From Eledone cirrhosa (taxonomy: Eukaryota): 64,000 nucleotides of DNA. A model generated the notes under the pieces. That model was not told where the DNA came from and did not search any database. It saw nothing but the letters and a program-made list of their open reading frames with translations. The position numbers and the translations under genes are program-made. Below, in pieces: positions 1 to 11,259 of this stretch. How positions within the stretch are numbered: position 1 is the first letter of the stretch; every line of letters starts with the position of its first letter. Where the stretch lies: NCBI GenBank assembly GCA_964016885.1, contig OZ024746.1, positions 72,850,001 to 72,914,000 of the forward strand, read 5' to 3'.

Positions 1-37
1 ATTAGTGACATTCACAACATAAATATATCCATAACAA

Positions 38-300
38 CGGTAGATTGGTAGTATTGGTAGGGAGACGGACAACATGCTTTAAGGCATATAGTTATGTCCC
101 TTTACATTCTGAGTTCAAATACCACCGAGGTTAGCTTTTCCACAATGTCGCTGTGTAGTAGAAATCCCGCTGAGGTTAGCTTTCTCCTTTCTCTTTCTCA
201 GTGGTCAATGAAATAATTGCCAGTTATGTGTTGTGTGTCAATCTAATCGAATACATTAAATCTTCAGCCCAACATCTCTTGAATTGTTTTTAGAGAAGTC
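38..300 (+). mobile_element. tRNA-derived SINE (Nin/Deu-domain type), decayed, with partly duplicated B-box region
   Basis: A-box-like TTGGTAG, B-box GAGTTCAAAT (111-120), then GAGGTTAGCTTT...GTCAATGAAATAA. Same family as 4881-5285 (reverse); paralogous copy at about 52812-53050. Confidence 0.65.
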
Positions 301-1397
301 ATTAATTTTTTTTATAACAGAGGTATAAAAGGTCAAGATAAACTCAATGGGGTTTGAACTCGGCATGGAGAAAGAAGAAACTATACTAATAGTCGCTTAG
401 TACATTTTCTGCTACTCCCTTACTTTCTGTCACACCAGTCTTACTATAATATTTATACAATAATTCTTTATTCTGGAAACACAACCATTTCCCTTTCTCC
501 ACCGTCCCAATCCCAATGCTGTCAAGCAAGCCAGTTAAGAAAAAATCCCAAAACAAAGAAACCGGTAAAAACACGAAAGAATGTCATCAGTTTCTACAAC
601 ATTTTTCCCATGGTCACACTTGGTGTAAGTGACTGTTCCCATGAACCTCCCCCATCCACCACCTTCAAGACAAGTGATATTGGTGTTTTATAATTCGAAT
701 AAGGCGCTGCTCTAATGGCCTCCACCCCCACCTCACGATAGGTGAGATTGGTGTTGGGAAATAAGGGGCTGTTACCATGATCTTCATATCCCACTAGCGC
801 CAGGTAAGTTTGATTCTTTGTCAGGAAGGGATTGTTCCGCATGGCTTCTCAAGTTCTCCTAAATGGGAGAAATCTATATAGTTTACAACAACACATCTTC
901 ACTAATATGTTGGGCTATTTTTCCATCTCTTCTTCCCAGTTACAGCACATTTGTTCGTAGTAAATTTTCTTTATTTGTAAATATTCATAACACCAATCAT
1001 CCTATCTTGTGTCCATTTGTTACAGCCCCATGCACAGTGAAGCTGGTGGTATCGATCTTAAAGAAATGAAACCACGAGGATCTCCAGCGGTTGATGGATG
1101 ATAAGGGACTGTCCTGTGTTTCGTCCTTTTTCCCATTGTCGTCGACTGTAGTTTTTGATTCATGTTATGTTCTTAGCCACGCAGGGCACTTTTTCAAATA
1201 TATTCATGCATGAGTGTATGTGTGTACATGTGTATATTATATGTGTATGTGTGTGCGTGTGTATATGTGTAAGTGTATATACCTAGAAGTAGCGTAGGAG
1301 GAAACTGTTATATTCGAACAGATATACCGTGTGATCCTCATGCCCAACTGGATAATCTCTCCTGATACGAATGTTTACGTTTCCTTATATATCTTAC

Positions 1398-1427
1398 GGG
1401 TACAAGGACATTAATACAAGGCAAAAC
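1398..1427 (-). pseudogene. Remnant of candidate exon C (acceptor lost by deletion)
   Basis: Donor gtaaga intact. Reads VLPCINVLVP or (M)FCLVLMSLYP, homologous to 53671-53708. Deletion junction caaaac|gattaatgg relative to the 53.7-kb copy. Confidence 0.4.
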
Positions 1428-1544
1428 GATTAATGGAAGAATTGAGCACTTGACCAACTTCATTGCTCAGTTATATCAGTTTTACAACAGATGTTGTTAC
1501 AGTCTTTTAAAATGGTTTCCGTCTGCCCAATATTACGTACATGG

Positions 1545-1650
1545 GTGTATCTGATGTTATGGTAAATGACACACTGTCCAAGATGTCACGCAGTGGGATC
1601 GAACCTGAGACGATAATAGTGAAACAAACTTCTTACTCATTCGGCAATGC
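1545..1650 (-). mobile_element. tRNA-derived SINE head fragment
   Basis: Minus strand GGTTCGATCCCACTGCGTGACATCTTGGACAG (B-box plus body); paralogs at about 16243-16510 and 55620-55870. Confidence 0.6.
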
Positions 1651-1880
1651 AGTGTTCACAAATCAGGATGGCAAATTAAGCCACAAATCACATGTGCACT
1701 ACATTTGGCCATCTTTTCCAGTCAAGAATCGATCCCATCATCCAACTATGAATAGATAAACCACAATAGATCATGAACCCAAAGTCACGGACTACATCAA
1801 TTATTGGTGGAGGAGTACACTGAACATTACTAAGAACAAAACATAATGAACATTTTATATATAAGGGAGATAATACATAC

Positions 1881-1912
1881 CTACTACTAACTTGTGTAGG
1901 CATTCCATCTGT
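1881..1912 (-). CDS. Micro-exon B (32 nt, phase 2 to 1): QMECLHKLVV
   Basis: ttttccag|ACAGATGGAATGCCTACACAAGTTAGTAGTAG|gtatgt; homologous position in 4 unit copies, all open in the same frame with C-[LF]. Confidence 0.65.
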
Positions 1913-2923
1913 CTGGAAAATAAAGATGAAAAAAACTAATTTGTAAATAAATGTTGTTAATTTAGTGTTATAAAAGAGACAGGAAATGGAATAGACATCC
2001 AACAGTTTTAACGTTGAGTGTTACAATTGTTCAATCAACAGAACAGCTTATTAGGGAAAATTATGTCCAAGTGGCTGAAGATCAGGATAAGATCCACCAG
2101 CTTTTAAAAATACCAAAAATACACTGTATGTTACTATGGCACTTTTCAAATCCACTATGAGTTACGGATCCATCCATAGACACACATAATTTCTTTATTG
2201 ACCTTGATAAGATTATTGGCAAAGTTGCTGGAATTAATACTGCAAAATATTCTATCCGACGTTCTAACAACTCTTCCATTAACCAAAACCAAATGTCAAA
2301 TTCCTAACTTTTATTTGTTTATTAATATTATTCCGTAAGATATTTCTGTTATAGTAGTGGCCAATACAAATAAAGGACAATGACGACTGCGGTGCTGGCA
2401 GCAGCAGCAGCTGCTGCAGAAAGCTACAGTATTTTTATATTTAATTAGAAAGTATTTATAAAATTGAATTCGTTCATTAAAATTATCCTGTCCATCTGTA
2501 GATATCGATATTTCATGGGAAAATATCCGGAACAGTCCAGACTTTAGCAGGGAGAAAGATTATAAGGAATTATAGAGTAAATTACAACTACTCCCATCCT
2601 ATGAGATTTTCAATACCACGGGTTTTCTCATACGATGTTGTAAACTTCTTTTACAATTAAAAGAAAATGGTGTCAAAGTCTTAACGTCCTGTTTCACACG
2701 AAATCGTATGGCATAATGGACGTAAGAAAACTGTAACGTATACCACTATCATTCTTTTCTTGAGTTTTCTGAGCTCCTGTCGTTATGTCTCCAAAAGATG
2801 TTAAGTGTTAAGTGTCAGCTATACCCGAGCAAGGGTTTTAATAAATACACACACATACAAACATACACACAAATTTACATACATACATATAACCATATAT
2901 ACACATTAACATACATACATATA

Positions 2924-2955
<32 letters not shown>

Positions 2956-3009
2956 CCAACATCGTAAGATTGATGTAGCATCTACAGGAGAGAATAAAAG
3001 TATAAAAAT

Positions 3010-4190
3010 TTACAGTGATGTAGAGGGCATTTGCATACATAAAATAAAAGAGTACTGTTGGAACGTTCCAGTCAAAACCTCAAGAAAATACAAACAGCAT
3101 ACCAGACAAGGAATGTGCTAGTGATCATTGGGACTCTTGGATATGTAACAAATCATGAGAAGCTGGGTTTCACAGAACTAGAAAGAGCACGGCTAGTTAG
3201 GAAGTTGCAAGTACAATCCATTAATGGAATGGCAAAATTATGTAAAACATTTCAGAAATTTAGCATATAGTAACTGCATATACAGATATAGAAACATGTA
3301 CGTGTACATTTATAACTGTAAACTGACTGATCCACACATGGAATAACATTCATACTTGCATACACATATACACAACACACACAGTCACATAAGTTTCTTA
3401 GATGATGTGTAAATTCCAAGGAAGGAATCTTGTTTTTATGTTAGAAACCGTCTCTGTTTCTACTGATAGAAATTCATAAAATAATAAAACTAGAACGTAC
3501 ATACATTCACACATAGATGCATGTGGAAGACATACATATACATAATATGAAAGAGCACTAGTGGAATATTCCAGTAAAAACTCCAATAAAATGCAGGCAT
3601 AACAGACCAGATATAATGATATGGGACAGGGAAAAGAAGGCATGCACAGTAGTGGAACTTAGCTGCTCAGTAGATGCCAATATAATATTAAAGAATAGTG
3701 AAAAGGAGAATATCTATGCAGAACAAATGAGAAATTTACAGACACTCCACCCTGACTATACCTTCAGATTTATGCCTGTGATTATTGGGGCATTGCGATA
3801 TGTTAGTAACTGCCTCAATACAAATCTTGAGAAGCTGGGCTTCACAGAAACAGAAAGAACACGACTAGTTAGGAAATTACAAATACAATCCATTAATGGA
3901 ACTGTAAATATATGCAAAACATTCCAAAATTCTGCATTGAATAACTGCAAATACACTTGTACAGATACAAAGCATATGCACATGCACACACATAATTCAA
4001 AACATCCACATCCACACATACAATAACACCCATACCTGCATGCAGACAAACATACATATCTACCTAGTTGATGTTGTGTAAATTCCAATGAGAGAGTCTT
4101 GTGTCTATGTTAGAAACCAACTCTCTCTCTATTGGTAAAACTTTGTGAAATTATAAAACCAGAAGAACATATATACATATATAAGATGAA
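3010..4190 (+). mobile_element. Two tandem 3' fragments of an RLE-type (R4/Dong-like) non-LTR retrotransposon
   Basis: RPD-IMIWDREKKACTVVELSCSVD...FMPVIIGAL (ORF 3616-4026) is a restriction-like endonuclease motif; 3120-3540 repeats 3780-4190; flanked by (TACA)n. Confidence 0.7.
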
Positions 4191-4880
4191 ATATTGGTGG
4201 AACTTAAAAATAGAAAATAAAAAACAACATGAAATTAAAACACAACTAGCCTGATATTTTCTGTGGGAGTACAGATTAAAAACATGATATATTTTAAAAG
4301 TTAGTTGCTCATACAATGTTAATGGGAATACATGCACACATGCTAGCGTGGAAGATAGACGTTAAATGATGATGTTCAGATTGTTTAGACTCTCCAAATT
4401 CTGTAGTCCATTTAGCATACCAAAAAGCAACCAGGTCTAAACTTAAGCAGTAATAGCCGAGGCGGTAGGTTTGTGATAGAGATTGGTAAGAGAAACTTAC
4501 TATAAACCGCTGAGTTATGATTGGACCAAATAGCAATGGTGGTGTGTGTGTCTGTGGGAGGGATGGGTAACTTTATGAGAAGATTGGTTTTTAGAAAGGG
4601 TCCAACAGATTTATCAATATTATTGAAAAGATTAGATTCTAAGTTAAACGAACATATAACAGATAATAACAGTTTAAAATACTGATATGTAAATGGACAA
4701 AGAACATGGAGACAACAAGAAAATGAACTGCATACATTACATTTCTCAAATCAACAATTCGGTAGTAAGATTCGATAAATTCTGGTTCAGTACTCTAGAC
4801 AAGGTTTATTTTATATTTGCAGAGAGAGAGGGAGGGGCTGAGAGAACATGTAAGAGTATAAACAATGTATGAGGGAGACA

Positions 4881-5285
4881 GAAGGAAATAATAATTGTTT
4901 CAACTTTTGGCACAAGGCCAGCAATTATCCCAGTGTATTACAGGTACTTTATTTTATCGACCCCGTAAGGATGAAAGGCAAAGTTAACCTCGGCGGGATT
5001 TGAACTCAGATCGTAAAGGGCAGTAACTCTTTGCTGCAAAGCATGGCATCCGACCCTCTACCAATCGACCAGAAGGAAATAATAATTGTTTCTACTTTAG
5101 GCACAAGGCCAGCAATTACCCAGTGCATTACTGGTACTTTATTTTTTTTATCGACCTCGTAAGGATGAAAGGCAAAGTCAACCTCGGCGGGATTTGAACT
5201 CAGATCGTAAAGGGACGTAACTATGCTGGAAAGCATGGCGTCCGACCCTCTACCGATACTGCCAATCCACCGCCCTAATAAGGAA
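4881..5285 (-). mobile_element. Tandem pair of tRNA-derived SINEs with Nin/Deu-like central domain
   Basis: Minus strand TGGTAGAG...GAGTTCAAATCCCGCCGAGG...CTTTGCCTTTCATCCTTACGGGGTCGATAAAATAAAAGTACC, repeated at 4881-5070 and 5071-5285. Confidence 0.8.
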
Positions 5286-5487
5286 ATAATAATAACAACG
5301 GGAAATAAAACAAACATATAATAATAGTTTAACTGATGGCTTATGGACCAAGAAAGAGGAAAGACAACAAAAAATGATCAGCTTACATTACATTTCTCAA
5401 ATCAAAAATTTGGCAGTAAGGTTAGGTAAATTCTGGTTTTGAACCCTACAAAGCTTATTTATATATTTGCGGAAAGAAGGGGGGGCT

Positions 5488-7257
5488 ATCAACCCCTTCT
5501 ATAGAACCCACCTGCATTTGAAAAATGTGTCTATCACTGCGACTTCTACTGTCAAATTTCTCTGTACATCTACTGCATATGTAGTTTTCCCTACCTGTTA
5601 GTTTGCTTGCTATCCCACTACATTTCTTGTGTACATTTTATAGAATTTATGCCAGTTTCTTTCTGCCTATCGAACATGGCCATTTCCCTGATGGAATCAG
5701 AGCTTTGTCCTCTTTTCTACTTATCAACACTTGTGTCTTAGCTATGTTCACTCTCAGTCGTCTTGATTCCAACTGCTGTTTCGATAGCCAGAATTTATTC
5801 TCTAGCTCCTTTACTGATTCTGCTATAAGAACCAGATCATCAGCATAGAGAAGTTCCCATGGGCATCCAGTCTTAAACTCCTCTGTTATGACTTGGAGGA
5901 CTATAATGAACAAGAGCGGGCTGAGGACCGAACCTTGATGTACTCCTACTTGTATCTGGAATTCCTCACTAAACTCCATTCCTACTCTCGCTTTACTGAC
6001 AGCACCTCTGTACAAAGCTTGCAATGTCCTCGCAAGCCATTCCTCTACACCTAGTTTCCTTAGGGACCACCAGATGACAGATCGGGGTACTCTATCAAAG
6101 GCCTTCTCTAGGTCAACAAAAGCTAAGTACCTCTCTTGTAGTTGTCTCACTAAGAAGAGAGCATCTGTTGTACTTTTCCCAGGCACAAAACCAAATTGCA
6201 TCTCATCTAATTTGACCCTTTCTTTAATTAATTACGCTAATATTCTCTCTGCGACTTTCATAACCTGATCCATCAGTTTTATGACCCTATAATTGCTCTT
6301 CTCCAAAGCATCCCCATTACTTTTGTAGCAATTTATGAGTATACTGCTGCACCAGCCTTTGGGTATGACACCGCCATATATAGCTTGATTGATGATGCAT
6401 GCAACCAGTTTAGTGCCTACTTCTCCTGATGCCTTCAGCATCTCAGCAACTATCCCTGACGGTCCAGCGGCCTTACCAGTTTTCATTTCCTTAATTGTCT
6501 CTTGTGCCCTATATTCGTCAATCTCAATAGCTGGTCCCTCAGTCAGGTCTACTGGAGGTAATTTCTCGGTCTCCCATTCATCAGTCTCTCATAATGACAT
6601 TTCCTGGCCTCCTTTTTCTGATGGTTAGTGATACTAAGTACACCAACATCATTCCGGACACACTTATCTCCAACATCTTGATTTACACAAACACACTGCC
6701 TCGCAATGCAGAACACTGCACGTCTCTGATATCCCCGTCGCAGAACATTGGCAAACCTCCTACTCTCAGCCTCCCTGCATGCTAAGTACACCTGACGTCT
6801 ACCTTCTCTCCTGTGTATCGGTCTCTACTCCCACCATTTTTCCAAGCATTCCATGCTAGTCTTTTGTCTCTAATGGCTCTATCTATCATGCTGTTCCACC
6901 ACCAGGTCACTCTCTGTCTGGTCGGAGCTCTGAAGCAGCCACAAAGTTCTTCAGTAGCCTGAAGTAAGTTGTCAAGTAAGAAATTTCAGATATCATCTAT
7001 GTCATACGATTCTAAATCGTCTTCTTTTTCGTCATACACATCTTGAAGGGCCTTCCTAAATTTATATTTTAGTGAAAGGTCTTTTGCTTCCAAACCTTCC
7101 TTCTCCACACCTTCCTGTATGTCTGATTTTGTCTCTTGCTTACTGAGATGTCACTAATGACTAACCTATGCCAAGGAGTACATTCTTCCCTGGGGTATGC
7201 CTTAGTATTTGACACCATCTGTCTGTCTCGCTGCCTAACTAGCAAGAAGTCAATTTT
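5488..7257 (-). mobile_element. RTE-clade LINE internal fragment, frameshifted
   Basis: MQFGFVPGKSTTDA, AFVDLEKAFDRVPR, GVHQGSVLSP, LLYADD motifs in ORFs 5647-6201 and 6232-6486. Confidence 0.9.
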
Positions 7258-7258
7258 A

Positions 7259-7289
<31 letters not shown>

Positions 7290-7529
7290 TTATGTGTGTG
7301 TGTGTGTGTGTATATATACATATATATATGTGGAAAAGAATGAAACAAAATTTCATTTCTCACTCTTAGTACGGCTGATACTTAAATGTAAGTATGTATA
7401 CGTACATACATATATGTATACAGACGTACAGTAGTATGTATATATATATATACATACATGCACACATAATAAATGTTCAGTAAACCCATACGTACATATA
7501 TGTATGTACGTATACATACTTACATTTAT

Positions 7530-7812
7530 ATCATCATCATCGTTTAACGTCCATCTTCCACGCTTGCATGGGTTTGGACGGAAGTTTTCCCACTTGAGGC
7601 AAGATTTGTTGTCCTGCTCGTATAGGACTGTCTGGCGGGTTTTCTACGGCCGGATGCCCTTCCTAACACCAACCACGTTTACAGTGTGGACTGGGAGGTT
7701 TTTACCGTGTTACCTACACGGCCACATTACAGCGTGAACTGTGTGTTTTTTTGTCGTGACACCTACACGACCTCATTTGTTTCGGACTGGATGTTGTTGA
7801 ACTAACATAACT
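7530..7812 (-). mobile_element. RTE 3' UTR fragment with (GAT)n tail
   Basis: Reverse complement of the 3' UTR at 29680-29974; near-identical copy at 25440-25727. Confidence 0.85.
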
Positions 7813-8241
7813 ATGTATATGTATATGGATATATATATAAATGTATGTATTTATGTGTGCGTGTATATGTATTTGTATGTATACACTTTTCTGTGTATAT
7901 GTTTATACTGTATATATTTATGTGTGTGTATTTTTCTGTGTATGTGTATATATGTTGTATGTGTATGCATGTATATATATGTATATATATATATATTTAT
8001 TATATTTATTTTATCTTGTGCATTTGCTTACTACGTGTGTTTGTTTATCTATTTTTTTTATTTGTGCCTTTCTCCTCCTCTGTATTGCTGTCAACTCAAT
8101 AATCATTTTTATTTCCTTAATTCTTATTTTTTATTTTTATATTTTTTATTTGTATGTGATTGCGTATGTAGGTATATATATCTTATATGTGTGTGCGTAA
8201 GTATGTATGTGCGTATATGTATGTGTGTGTATGTATGTGTG

Positions 8242-8312
<71 letters not shown>

Positions 8313-8345
8313 TTGTATATATTTATGTATGTGTATGTATGGAGA

Positions 8346-8376
<31 letters not shown>

Positions 8377-8456
8377 GTGTGTGTGTGTGTGCGTGTGTGC
8401 TCATATACCCTTACATTTATTATTCTTTCTCTCCCTCTCTTCTTCCTCCTCCAGCC
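7813..8456 (+). repeat. TA/TG-rich repeat, part of a putative Penelope pseudo-LTR
   Basis: Nearly identical to 25728-26218 joined to 29974-30060, and to the reverse complement of 20500-20890. Confidence 0.7.
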
Positions 8457-8476
8457 ATATATGTGTATATATACAA

Positions 8477-10913
8477 ACCTGCTGACGGCGGCAGACGAAG
8501 TCTGTGGCTGGAGCAGGCCTGTAGGTAGGAGGAGAGTAACATGGTGGTGGAACAGTAAGGTGGAGGAGTCAATTAAGGCCAAAAAGCTGGCTTGGAAAGT
8601 ATGGCGGGATGGGGGAAGTAGAGAAGACTATCAAGTGGCCAGGAGGGAAGCTAGGAGACAAGTGTACTTTGCAAGAAGGGAAGCAGAGGAAAGAAAGTTC
8701 AAGCATGTTCTACAACGTGAGGACCAAAAATGTGAGGTGTTCAGGATTGCCAGGCAATGTGTCAAGGAAAACCGTGATATTGTCGGGGAGAAGTGTGTAC
8801 TTAACGATGATGGCATACTTGCCATCACCGACGCTGATAAGAAGGTAGCTTGGAAGTGTCACTACGAAAGGCTTCTAAATGAGGAGAACAAATGGGAGAA
8901 AGACAGTCTCCCCCAGATCGATCCAATAGAGGGACCAGCAGTGTTAGTTGAAGGTAGTATAATAAGTAAGGCAATCAAAGATATGAAGACGGGTAAGGCG
9001 GCTGGGCCTTCGGAAATAGTTGCTGAGATGCTGAAGGCATCTGGTTCGGTGGGACACACCATGGTCACCCGGATAGTTAACCAAGTCGTACAGAATGGGG
9101 TTGTTCCGAAGGAATGGCATAGCAGCATCATCGTTAACTGCTATAAGGGAAAAGGAGATGCCCTAGATAGGAGTAACTATAGAGGCATTAAATTAATCGA
9201 CCAGGTCATGAAGGTCACGGAAAAAGTAATAGCGCAACTAATCAGAGAGAGAATTGATCTAGATGAAATGCAGTTCGGGTTTGTGTCAGGCAAAAGTACC
9301 ACAGACGCTCTTTTCATTGTACGACAACTACAGCAGAAGTAGCTAGCTAAAAGTAAACTCCTATACTTAGCTTTTGTTGACTTGGAGAAAGCCTTTGACA
9401 GAGTCCCCCGCTTCATTATCTGGTGGGCTCTTAGAAAACTAGGTGTTGATGAATGGCTCGTGAGAGTCATACAAGCCATGTATAAAGAAACAGTCAGCAA
9501 GGTTAGAATTATCAACGAATATAGTGAAGAATTTAGCGTAAAAGTTGGTGTTCATCAGGGCTCTGTCCTTAGCCTCCTCCTATTTATTATTGCTCTACAG
9601 GCTATAACAGAGGAGTTCAAGACCGGTTGCTCATGGGAACTTCTATACACAGATGATCTAATGCTCATAGCTGAATCAATGGCTGAACTAGAGAAGAAAT
9701 TCCAAACTTGGAAGCATGGCCTAGAATCAAAAGGCCTTAAAATTAACTTGTCTAAGACCAAAGTTCTAGTATGTAGGAAGGAAAATAGGGCACTGGTCCC
9801 CTCTGGAAAATGACCATGCTCAGTGTGTAGGAAAGGAGTAGGCAGAAACTTCATTTTATGTCCCAAATGCAAAGTATGGGTGCATAAAAGATGTAGTAGA
9901 ATCACAGGTAAACTAACTAAGAACATAGATTTTATATATGGCTGGTGCTCAGGTGCAATAAGTAGTAGCAAGTGCCCTCAGGATACAAGCTCCTTCCATT
10001 GCCCAGATGGTTCTATAGAAATAGTGGACACCTTCCATGACCTGGGTGACAAAATCAGCAGTGATGGTGGGTGCTCGGGAAGTACAGTAGCTAGAGTCAG
10101 AATGGGATGGAAAAAGTTCAGAGAGCTTATACCACTATTGGCTGCTAAAGGTTTCACCCTAAAATGAAAGGCAGACTGTATGATGCCTGCATATGAACAG
10201 CAATGTTATATGGCAGTGAGACTTGGGCATTGTGTGCAGAGGATATATGCAAACTGGAGAGGAACGAAGCTTGCATGCTCAGTTGGATGTGTAATAGTAA
10301 TATATGTGAACAGCAAAGCATAAATAAACTAAGTGAGAAATTAGGAATAAGAGGGATCAGATGCTGTTTACTCGTTGGTTTCGTCACGTGATGCAAAAGA
10401 CGACAGCTGTATAAAAAAGTGCAGGAGGATCAAAATTGATGGAAGCTATGGAGTAGGCAGACCCAGAAACACCTGGGATGATTTGATAAATTCCGACCTT
10501 ACACACTTACACCTCTCCAAGACAATGTCACTGGACCGAGATCTTTGGCGCTACGCAGTAATACAGAAGACCCTAAGTACAAAGCGAAACCTACAGTCAG
10601 TAGGCACCTCCTAACCAACAATACCCCCTCCCCCCGCCCCTTCTCTGTAAAGATATGTTGGTGCCACAACATCCAGTTCTAAATAAATGAGGTTGTATAG
10701 GTGTCACGACAAAAAAAAAAACACAGTCCATGCTGTAATGTGGCCGTGTAGGTAACACGGTAAAAACCTCCCAGTCCACACTGTAACGTGGTTGGTGTTA
10801 GGAAGGGCATCCAGCCGTAGAAAACCCCCCAGACAACTAATCTTGCATCACGCGGGACAATTCCCGTCTAAACCCATGCTAGCGTGGAAGATAGACATAT
10901 GATGATGATGATG
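8477..10913 (+). mobile_element. 5'-truncated RTE LINE with in-frame stops
   Basis: Highly similar to 27481-29974; TAG at 9340 and TGA at 9811; (GAT)n tail next to (TA)n. Confidence 0.92.
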
Positions 10914-11259
10914 ATATATATATGTGTGTGAGGTTTTTCACGAGATAAGACACACTTGATTCTGAAAGGCTAAAATGAATCACTAGAACAAACTGCTCAA
11001 CAATGTTCCAGCCATCCATATATATCTTCAAGGTATCCCTCTCTTTCCCAATTGCAAATGTTCCGCTTACACTATTATTATTGTTGTATTTATCATTTCG
11101 CTGGCCTTCACAACACATATTTATTCTTTACCCTTGTTTTTCCCATGCTGGCCAGTATGACTGTCTCTAACTGTCTCTACAAAGTCATCTATTCCCTTCG
11201 AAATCCTAACATTTCGCCTTGTCTAATATAGGTACTCGTGTCGGTTTATTTCACCCAAA

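Larger units (their letters stand above)
1..4280. repeat. Copy of the tandem segmental unit (lower part); continues at 14450-14880 after about 10 kb of intervening, mostly TE-derived DNA
   Basis: 1-680 matches 52773-53650; 1377-1427 matches 53650-53700; 1428-1517 matches 53877-53967; 1519-2065 matches 16410-16955 and 55791-56965; 4215-4280 resembles 57585-57650. Confidence 0.85.

Noticed and set aside
1580-1612. tRNA gene (GGTTCGATCCC motif)
   Set aside because: No cloverleaf; it is the B-box of a SINE head.
4660-5486. Diverged direct repeat (4660-4840 / 5320-5486) with exon-like signals
   Set aside because: No consistent stop-free internal frame in both copies; treated as an old local duplication.
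7813-9342. 509-aa ORF as a host-TE fusion gene
   Set aside because: The N-terminal half is microsatellite read-through into a truncated RTE that stops at 9340.
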